Position numbers and translations under genes: made by a program. The notes under the pieces were generated by a model. That model searched no databases and was not told the DNA's origin. It saw nothing but the letters and a program-made list of their open reading frames with translations. A stretch of 64,000 bases of DNA from the human T2T-CHM13v2.0 reference genome, Homo sapiens, in the NCBI RefSeq assembly GCF_009914755.1, contig NC_060928.1. One strand, 5' to 3'. Shown here piece after piece: positions 53,071-64,000 of this stretch; positions within the stretch are counted from its first letter, which is position 1; each line of letters opens with the position of its first letter.

Positions 53071-54621
53071 AGTTGGAAAAACTATTGTATATAAGAATCA
53101 TTATTATTCTGACCTCAACAGAAATGTTAAATATTTACTTTTCGTGGGAATTGTTCATAAATAATGTAAATATTTAGAGGATGAATATCTAAATGATGAA
53201 ACAAAAGATCGTAAATAAATTCTTGCCTCCTTTTTTGGAGACTAAGTGGTTCCTTAACATTTGTGAACCCTAATGTTCCAAATTTCATATTTCCACCTTT
53301 CTTGAAAGCATCTGGTAATGGTGACTTTCTTTTATAGAATTTCAAGCCTTCAGAGAAGAATCTAAAGTTCTGAAGAAGGAAAAATGGAAATTATGATAGA
53401 GCCTAGAAGGAAAGAAATGAATATGTTTAATTTTGTTACAAGGGAATAAGAAATGGTGGGGAAGAGAAGACGGAGGAGATACTTTTATTCATAGGCCATG
53501 CCTCTGCATTCAAACACTGGTCATTCTGATGTGGAGTCCAGTGTTAATCCAAGGAACCAGGACAATTTGAAAAGGAAATGTCACATTACTGAGTTTTCAA
53601 AGGATGTCCAAATCTTATTTTTGCAAAATATGGCTGTTTGTATAGTTTATTTTTGGCAAAGTATGGTTGTTAGTTTATGTAGTTTATACAGTTAAAAGAT
53701 TTCTCTAGTCATTGCAAGTTTTCTTGTCTGTACCTTTATGAGATGGGTGAATTTTCGTCTCATGGACATGTGCTGATGTTGGGAGACAGTTCTCCCTGGG
53801 CCTTTTGTTCCTGTATGTTCTTGCTGGATATGCAGAAATGCAAGGCCCTTCATGGCTCTTTATTAATAAGGGCCATTTTCCAGGGTTGCATTTGCAATGA
53901 GCAGCCTGAAGAGATGAGGGAGAAAGAGCACGTGAGCCACTGGCTGCTATGGAGCAGCTGGTTTGCAAGCTCGGTGTTTTTTGTGACACGACCCACTGCA
54001 GGATCAAGGACCAAACACTTTCCCTCTGGGAAGTGGGGTCCAGGAAACAGACATGAATTCTGATACTGTGGCTGCTGCTTTTGCAGCAAGTAAGAAAGTC
54101 TTTCATCTCTGGTCTAGGATTCTTATGTTTCCTCTAAGCATCCACAAAATTGTGACAAACTAATGTGCTGGCTTTTCAGCAGAGTAAAATGAAATCCCAG
54201 ACCCTTCACGGTCCTTGATAGCCAGCATAGAATAGTTAAGCAGCAAATATTTATGTGACAATCACTTTCTTAAAAAAAAAAAACCACTTTTTGTACAAAG
54301 CAGTGACAGTAGCTGAAATTGCTAAACAAAATTCTATTCTAAAAATTTGCCATCTTAACTAGATAGCTAAAATTTTCTAATGTGTGAAAGAAGGGGCTAC
54401 ACACTCACACAGACAATGAGAAACTTGGTAGTGGGTGGCCACTTTGTTTCTAGGTCATCCACTCCCCAAAGAGGTGTATCCTTGGTCAGAAAAGGATGGA
54501 CTTACGATAAGATACCAAGATACATCTACAGAATAATCCTGTGAGTAGGAAATGCAAAGGCACTATATTCCTCCAGAGTGGAGGCAGAGGGTGGGTTGGC
54601 TTTCGGTTTCTTGCCATTTTT

Positions 54622-55487
54622 GTTTTTTGGGTTAATTTTTCTTTCTTTTTTTTTTATTATACTTTAAGTTTTAGGGTACATGTGCACAATGTGCAGGTTT
54701 GTTACATATGTATACATGTGCCATGTTGGTGTGCTGCACCCATTAACTCGTCATTTACATTAGGTATATCTCCTAATGCTATCCCTCCCCGCTCCCCCCC
54801 ACCCCACAACAGGCCCCGGTGTGTGATGTTCCCCTTCCTGTGTCCATGTGTTCTCATTGTTCAGTTCCCACCTATGAGTGAGAACATGTGGTGTTTGGGT
54901 TTCTGTCCTTGCGATAGTTTGCTCAGAATGATGGTTTTCAGCGTCATCCATGTCCCTACAAACGACATGACCTCATCCTTTTTTATGGCTGCATAGTATT
55001 CCATGGTGTATATGTGCCACATTGTCTTAATCCAGTCTATCATTGTTGCACATTTGGGTTGGTTCCAAGTCTTTGCTATTGTGAATAGTGCCACAATAAA
55101 CATACGTGTGCACGTGTCTTTATAGCAGCATGATTTATAATCCTTTGGGTATATACCCAGTAATGGGATGGCTGGGTCAAATGGTATTTCTAGTTCTAGA
55201 TCCTTGAGGAATTGCCACACTGTCTTCCACAATGGTTGAACTAGTTTACAGTCCCACCAACAGTGTAAAAGCGTTCCTATTTCTCCACATCCTCTCCAGC
55301 ACCTGTTGTTTCCTGACTTTTTAATGATCGCCATTCTAACTGGTGTGAGACGGTATCTCGTTGTGGTTTTGATTTGCATTTTTCTGATGGCCAGTGATGA
55401 TGAGCATTTTTTCATGTGTCTTTTGGCTGCATAAATGTCTTCTTTTGAGAAGTGTCTGTTCATATCCTTCGCCCACTTGTTGATGGG
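54622..55487 (-). mobile_element. 5'-truncated L1PA (ORF2 C-terminus + 3'UTR)
   Basis: Encodes ...[22 protein letters not shown]...SLIGGN. TSD CTTG(C/T)CATTTTT at 54610-54621 and 55488-55499. Confidence 0.92.
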
Positions 55488-56696
55488 CTTGTCATTTTTA
55501 TGGAACACAGTGTGGTCATGTGTCCACAGCCATACAAGTCAATGACTGGACTATTGGAAATCCTTGCTGTTGGCATCTCACAAACCTTTTCCTTTCTCTC
55601 AGTACTTTTTCTCTAAGTAATGATGCAGTTCAGGCCCTCAGCTTGTTGTTTTGTGATATGTGCCAGCCACCTGCTTCTCGAACCATATCTTTCTCGTTGG
55701 ATGAACACAGAGCCAGGATGCCTGCTACACCCACATCCCCTGCGGAGGTCTCTTGATGATAGCCACTGCTGAGGGAAGCAGCCCTAGGCAGCCCCACAAA
55801 CACAGTAATGACGCTGCCTCTCGGGAGCTGATCAGAGCACGCTGGGAAGCCTGAGGAAGATAGTCCGTCCGTCAGCCAGCCAGCAATCAGTGACATGGTA
55901 CAGGGGTAGCTCTATCCAAGCAGGGATGTCAATGCAGTGAAATAGGTTTCTCACGAGAATTTGCACACGAGGTAAAGGGAGAGTCAATAGCACAGGCTTG
56001 TTGTCAGGTTTAAGTGAGATCATTCCCATAAGGCACTCAGCAGAGCGCTTGGCTGAAATATGGGGCTTAATAAATGTTGGGGAATTAACACTACTATTAT
56101 TGTGAATAGTTGAAGCTGAAGGATACTGAGAGAAGGCAAAGAACAGAGAGGCCATGGGCAAGCTGGGGCCATGAATACCCAACCGTTCGGAAGGGAGGCC
56201 AAAAAGAAATACGAGGTAGGGATGAGATGTTGAAGAAGCAACGTAGAGGAGTGGAATCACACGAACGAGTGTGGCACCCTCTCTGTGTCCTGCAAACTCG
56301 CACTGGCAAGAGCGCGAGGTAACAGCCTGTTCTCCAGCTGCCCGGAGGCTGGATGACCTTCACAGGCCCCAAATTCTAACCTCTAGAGCCTGCCATCTCC
56401 TTCCTCCCTTATATTCCTGTTTGGGTGGTGTTTCCCAGACTCCTGTGGGATCTGGACGCTTGTTTCCAATATTTGAAAATTATTTCCACAAAATGAAATC
56501 CTTTCATTAGTATCATATCACTTGCCCTGTCCATACTACTCATTACTAGGGGTACCTCGAGTAAGCCTCGCGCCTTGTTACCAAAAAGGATACCTTGACA
56601 TACTTGCCCTTTCCAACTCACATCTTCCCGAGATGCCCCTTTCTTGCTGGCTAGATAGAATTTATTCACTCTCTCAGCTTCTCTACCATATGGTGG

Positions 56697-57252
56697 TGTG
56701 ACGGTCAATTTTATGTATCAACTTGACTGAGCTAAGGGACACCCAGATAGCTGATAAAACGTTGTTTTTGGATGTGTCTGTGAGTGTGTCTCCAGAAGAG
56801 ATTAACATTTTCATCAGTAGACGCAGTGGAATCTACCCTCACCAATGAGAGTGGGCATCATCTAATCCCTTAAGAGGCCAAATAGAACAAAAAGGCAGAG
56901 GAAGGGCGAATTCTCTTCTTCTTGATCTCGGACATCCAACTCTTCTGCCCTCAGACATTGAAGGGCCTGGTGTTTGGGTCTTTAGACTCCAGGACTCCAC
57001 CCTCGAATTCTCAAGTCTTTGACCTTGGACTGGGGGAAGTCACGCCATCGTCACCCCATTGACCCCCCTGGTTCTCAGATCTTCACACTCGGGCTGGATC
57101 ACACCACTGGCTTTCCTGGTTCTTCAGCTCGCAGATGGCAGATGATGCGACTTCTTAGCCTCTGTGATTGCGTGAGCCTGTTCCCCTAATAAATCTCCTG
57201 GTGTATGTCTCTGTATCTTATTGGTTCTGTTTCTCTGGAGAACCCCAATACA
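56697..57252 (+). mobile_element. MLT2-type (ERVL) solo LTR
   Basis: TGTGACGGTCAATTTTATGTATCAACTTGACTG...TATTGGTTCTGTTTCTCTGGAGAACCCCAATACA. Imperfect 5-bp TSD ggtgg/ggggg. Confidence 0.88.
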
Positions 57253-58063
57253 GGGGGAGGAAGAGACACTTGCTCTTTATAAATGGGCGGTGTGTCACAA
57301 TTCTGTGGTGATTTTGAGCTAATTTTCTGCTTTGGAACCACTGAAGAGGCTTATTGAAGACTGGAATGGAATGGAATTTTGTAATGGTAGAGCTGTCGCG
57401 TATGCCAATTACAAGTGTTGCGGGCAGGACAGTTACTTCACAGGCAGAAGTAGTGTCTGTGTGATTCTCTGAGAAGCCCTGCCTTCCTGCCAGGCAGAAG
57501 GTGCTGGAGCTGACTGCACGGGCCAACAGGAGCAACTGTACACCTCTCGCCAACTCCACCCTGAGTAGCATCACATTGGGAGTTTGAAATCAGCCAAGGA
57601 GGAACTATTTTCACCCTGCATGCCCACAAATCTCAACTCAGAGCTTCGGTTTCTTCCGGAGAGTTAGTCTACCAGCACACTGCTGCTAGGAAGTATAAGA
57701 AGTAGGTTTACTTCACAGTAAACATCCTTCCAGTCTACCTGGATTCCACAGGTAGATTGAAACAAGGGGATGCTTTTGACAAAAGGCTTTGTGATGACTG
57801 CTTCTGTCACAGGAATGCTCAGAAGAGATGTCAAGAGGCTGGCCTCTCCAAAGTCTCACAGCTGGAGTGTGGGTACCAGGTTCTGTCTAGTGGCTTTCAA
57901 CGTTTGTTTTCTGTCTTACAGCATCCATCAGAGGATGACATGTCCATGCGAGAAGCAGCTTCATGAGTGTTTGTTAATGTGATCACTGCAGTTATATTCC
58001 TTACTCTTCAGACAAGCAAGAATAAGGGAATGTGTGTGAAAGAGGTAGTCTGAAATATTCTGG

Positions 58064-58682
<619 letters not shown>

Positions 58683-59167
58683 AATATTCTGTTTTTTAAT
58701 GCAAGTCATTGATAAAATTAGTCCTACATTTTTGTGGTCACAGCTTACGACTGATACTGAGGTTAAGGACCATGAGTTTAGATGATACAAGAGTGAAGGG
58801 AAATTGTGCTCTGCAGGGACTCATGTTGCAATTTTCTGTCTTTGGGAGCCACTCAGCTAAATATTATAAAAAAAAAAACCAAAAAGAGCAACGGAACCTT
58901 CCCTGGAACACCTTAGCTCACGATGCTTTCTTTCTTCCTTATAAGGACATGTCTTATATGTATTTTTGTTTATTATGGGGAAGGGCTGAGCTCTGCTTAA
59001 TGGAAATATGTCTAGTATATTTCAGAGCTCATGGTTTTTTGAAATTCAAGGTCCATATTAAATTCAGTTTATTTAGAATTAGAGTGTTCACCTTTATTAT
59101 TTAATGTACTTCAGTTGTTGGTTTGGTTAATTTTCACACTTTAATATTCACACTTTGAGCTTAGCAT

Positions 59168-59615
59168 TGTATGTCTGTGTGTGTACATATATGTATGTGT
59201 GTATGGATGGATGGATGTCTGTGTGTATGTGCATGTGTGTATGGTGTATGCATCTGTATAGGGGTGTGTGTGTATGGGTGTGTATGTGTGTGTGTCTGGG
59301 TATGCGTCTTATGTGTTTCTGTGTGTGTGCATCTCTGTGTCTATGAGTATCTGTGTATGTGTGTCTTTTTTGGTGTGTGTGTGTCCACGTATGAGCCTGT
59401 ATCTGTATGTGTGCCTGCATCTCTGTGTGTGTATGAATGTGTGTCTGTGTGTGTATCTGTCACTTTGTGTCCATGTATGTGTATGGGTGTGTGTCTCTCT
59501 GTGTCTGTGTATGAGTGTGTATGTGCCTCTGTGTGTCTGTGTGTGTCTGTGCATGTGTGTATGTCTCTGTGTCTGTGTATGAGTGTGCATGTGTGTGTGT
59601 GTCTATGTGTGTGTG
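59168..59615 (+). repeat. Degenerate (TG)n simple repeat, about 450 bp
   Basis: Interrupted TGTG/TATG/TCTG array. Confidence 0.97.
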
Positions 59616-60652
59616 CTCCGAATACACTTCTAATCTGTACCTTCCTGTCCCTGTTGAGAAGCCTCTGTTTTTGCTCCACACTGACCAATATGGCCAATAT
59701 TGGTCAAGGATTGACCAAAGGAGAGAGCAAGGATGCAGCTCTCCTTTCCCCATAAGGAATTCATGAACTGTAATTGCATTAAATCACGAGGAAAAACTGT
59801 GTATTTCACTAAAGATCCCCTTGAAAGATGAATGTGATTCATATCACACACCGTACAATATCTCACTTCAAAAGTTCTCTTGATTCTGCTTCCAGCAAGG
59901 GTGGACTGGATTGTTTCAGACCAACCACCAGCTGAGAGCAACTAGAGAAGCTGAACACTAGGTTAAAGACCACGCAGGAATTAGGGTGACCTGCAAATAG
60001 AGCAGCACCGGGGACTGAAACCCAGTTTTAGATCTTCTCAATTGCTGATTGGATTAAGGTGACCTGGGACTGAGAGAGCCCCCAGCACAGTCTGCTATAC
60101 CAAGCAAATACAATCCTCTTTGAACTTAAGCTGCAAGCAACGACTCTGTATTGTTTACCAGACACCAGTTAAATAGAAGAAGAAAGAAATGTTAAAAATA
60201 AATGTACACGTCAAGTGTTTGCATGTGCAAATATTCCAACTAAAAGGAAGCTGATGTATCTTGTATTAGACCAAGTAGACTCCCAAGTAAATAGGAAGCA
60301 TTGGTAGAAGTACCAAGGGCCAGTTCATGAAGATTAAAGGCCACTCTGTGAGAAGATATAAGAATTCTTAATTTATAGGCACCAATAACATCGTTTCAAA
60401 AAATATGTAAAGATGCACCCATTTGACTAACTTGCAGCAGCTAATGTCTGCTGCCAAGGTTTCCTCTCCAGATGCAAGAAAAAAGTGTTTTTTGCCATTC
60501 CTGTCCATCAGCCTGTGGTAGCCAAGATTGAATGGAAGAGTATAGGAAATACAGAACACAGATAGGAGGTAACTGTTACAACCCAGACATAAACTTGTAA
60601 ACCGTGCAAAACCTGTTTTACTCCAAAAAGGAATCTAAAATTGGACTTTATG

Positions 60653-60655
<3 letters not shown>

Positions 60656-60727
<72 letters not shown>
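60656..60727. repeat. Compound (TC)n(TA)n microsatellite
   Basis: About 24 TC units followed by about 12 TA units. Confidence 0.97.
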
Positions 60728-60804
60728 AAATCTATATCGACAGAACTAAAAGGAGAAATCCAAAATTGTAGTGGAAGATTGTAACAGTAATTGTGTATAA
60801 TTGT

Positions 60805-61073
60805 TTGAGACAGAGTCTTACTCTGTCATCCAGACTGGAGTGCACGGGCATGATCTCAGCTCACTGCAGCCTCTACCTGCTTGGGGTCAGGTGATCCTCC
60901 CACCTCAGCCTCCCCAGTAGCCACCATGCCTGGCATTTTTTTTTTTGTATTTCTGTAGATATGGGGTTTTGCCATGTTGCCCAGGCTGGTCTCAAACTCC
61001 TGGACTCAAGCGATCCACCCACCTCAAGTTCCCAAAGTGCTGGGACTACAGGCATGAGCCACCGTGCCTGGCC
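60805..61073 (-). repeat. AluJ
   Basis: Antisense Alu with an internal deletion. Confidence 0.88.
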
Positions 61074-61328
61074 AATTATGTATAATTTTTTGGAGTCAAT
61101 TTGTTTCAGAAAAAATACCACCAATTTACCTTAGAAAGATTCAAACAATACAGTAATTCCTCTCATAGATATGAGATGGATTGAAAAGCTACAGTAAATA
61201 GTATGTTACTGATGCAAAGGTAGACAAATAGGCCAGGAGAGTACAGTAGACAAGCCAGAAACACCTATTTGTACATGGATGTTTGGTTGCTGCAAAGTTG
61301 GTGTTGCAGATATTGGTGAAAAGATGGT

Positions 61329-62007
<679 letters not shown>

Positions 62008-62879
62008 ATGGTCTTTTCAATAAATAGTGCGGAACCAACTGTATATCCTTACAGAAGTGGAAGACACCTGATACCTCAAGTCACACTACACATACAAAAC
62101 AATTTCATGTGGACTGTAGATCTGAATATGAAAGGTAAAACAATGAAACTTCTAGGAGAGGACATAGATGCCGATTTTCATGCATCTCATCCTCGAGGAT
62201 AGGTAAGGACCTCTGCTAACAGACAAAATAATTGCTAACCAAAAAGTAAAAGTTACACTGCATTAAAATTAAGAACTTCTGTTAATCAAAACAGACCATT
62301 TACTGGAAGGTTTTAAATGACCCCAAACAAGCTTTGTAAGGCCAGCTAGCCCTTTAACTGTAGTTAATTGTTGGGAAAAAATTCTTTTGTATTTCTTTTT
62401 GAATGGGTTTAGCTTCTGTTCTAGCTTTCTTATTATCTCCATAAAAGATTGGAACACAAAACACAAAATAGCTCCATATTAAAGCTTAGCAACACAGATA
62501 ACACGTCATTTCCACAGCAGAGGCTTGGTGATGCTAATCATTTGACAAATTACCTTGGTACGAGATTTTCCAGTTTATGTCACTTTTAATGAAGGGCAGA
62601 TTTTTAAAGACCTGTTTTCTATATCTGAAAAGTAAGCCATCAGTATTGTCATGAGACAAAATTACAGCAAATTTAGTTCAAAAATCTCAGTGAAATCAAT
62701 GAAATTGATTTAAAAGCTACAGTAAATAAGACTGTGTTATTGATGCAGAGATAAACAGTGGGCCATGGGAGCCCAGTAGAAAAGCCAGAAACAGACCTAT
62801 TTGTCTATGGGATTGTTGCAAAGTTGGTGTTGCCGACATTGGTGAAAAGATGATTGTTATGGGCTGAATGTCTGTGTCT

Positions 62880-63309
62880 TCTAAACCAAAAAATATCTAA
62901 GACAGGTCTCAACCGATTTAGAAATTTTGCCAAGGTTAAGAATGTGCCAGGGAGACAGGTCTGTGCCTTTTTCCAAAGATGGTTTTGAGGGCTTCAGTAT
63001 TTAAAGGGGAAAAGCAGGCTGGAGGGGATAGGAGGGTATGGTCTCACTACTGAATCCACTTGTTCCAAGACAAAAGGAGCAGGGAGGGGAATGGCCAATT
63101 CGGTGCTTGTCCAGGCTTAGTACATCTGCTCTTTATGCAAGATAAGGTGAACATAGGCTAGCCACCTGTGAAGATATTGAACCTTTTATCTGTAGCTCTC
63201 TGCCTGTCAACAAAAGGAAAGATAGTTTCTTGCATGACTCAACTTTCAGCTTAAGTGTTTCCTTTTGGCATCCTGAACTGGGGTCCCAAGTTTCTGTTTT
63301 GCTTTCACA
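62880..63309 (-). mobile_element. MER4-family ERV1 solo LTR nested in a MaLR fragment
   Basis: Minus strand starts TGTGAAAGCAAAACAGAAACTTGGGACCCC. 4-bp TSD GTCT at 62876-62879 and 63310-63313. Confidence 0.82.
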
Positions 63310-63619
63310 GTCTTTCCCTAAATTCATGTTCATGTTAAGCCCTGAACCCCCAGTGTGATGGTATTTGGAGATGGATTTTTTAAAAGAGACATTGATGCTG
63401 TGCTCTGAGACGAGCTCTGCCTATAGAGCTGGCCTGCACTCAGCACTGCTTAGGAATGTGAGTAAAGGCTTCTGACTCAACACTGCCCCCTCCTCCCTAG
63501 GCATTCACTGGTGGGTAAAGGTTAGACAGGAGTCATGTATTGTCTCGACTTCTTTCCACCCTACACACTACATTCTGCAAGCTGGGAGGTGATTTTTTAA
63601 AAAATGTGATAAATATGCA

Positions 63620-64000
63620 TGAGACAGAATTTATTTTAACAATTTTAAGTGTACCATTTAGTGGCATTAAGTACCACATTCACAGTGTTGTGCAGTCACC
63701 ACCGCCATCCATCTCCAGAAGTTTTTCATCATCTCAAACAAACTCACTACCTGTTACCAGTAACTCCCCGTTCCTTCCTCTCCTCAGCACCTGGCAACCA
63801 CCATTCTGCTTTCTGTCTGTATGAATTTGACTACTTTAGGGACCTTATATATATAAGTGGAATCATACAATATTTGGGCTTTTGTGTCTGGCTTATTTCA
63901 CTTAGCATAAAGATTTTAAGGTTCATCCATGTTATAGCATGAATCAGATTTTCATTCCCTTTTAAGACAATATTTAATTGTATGTATTAATATATACTAC
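63620..64000 (-). mobile_element. L1MB-type 3' fragment
   Basis: cattaagtaccacattcacagtgttgtgca...ctggcaaccaccattctgctttctgtctgtatgaatttgact...agtggaatcatacaatatttg. Confidence 0.8.

Noticed and set aside
59148-59766. Cys/Val-rich and His/Thr-rich ORFs
   Set aside because: Artefacts of the TG/CA repeat.

Overview
Human-type genomic DNA from the TLR3 / FAM149A locus (4q35.1, recognised from the encoded proteins). It contains all four coding exons of TLR3 on the + strand (7032-7472, 9251-9442, 12730-14582, 15055-15283; 2715 nt = 904 aa + stop, all GT-AG). The non-coding first exon is inferred to lie just upstream of the window. A repeat-dense intergenic stretch (Alu, MER51, LTR8, MaLR) follows, then the FAM149A CpG-island promoter with its first coding exon (35467-36032). 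The rest is FAM149A intron 1, which holds a full-length antisense L1PA2/3-type LINE-1 with dead ORF1/ORF2 but an intact ORF0. Main leads: (1) the ORF0 splice donor is in the same phase as FAM149A exon 1, predicting an in-frame ORF0-FAM149A fusion; (2) inverted Alus tightly bracket TLR3 exon 4, a circRNA geometry; (3) a 192-nt in-frame exitron lies inside exon 4; (4) a MER51 LTR 3' of TLR3 carries ISRE, GAS and kB-like motifs; (5) FAM149A has an RFX X-box and an LxxIxE motif. No prokaryotic-type system, CRISPR array or RNA gene is supported. Repeat subfamily names come from recalled consensus sequences and should be confirmed with RepeatMasker/Dfam.
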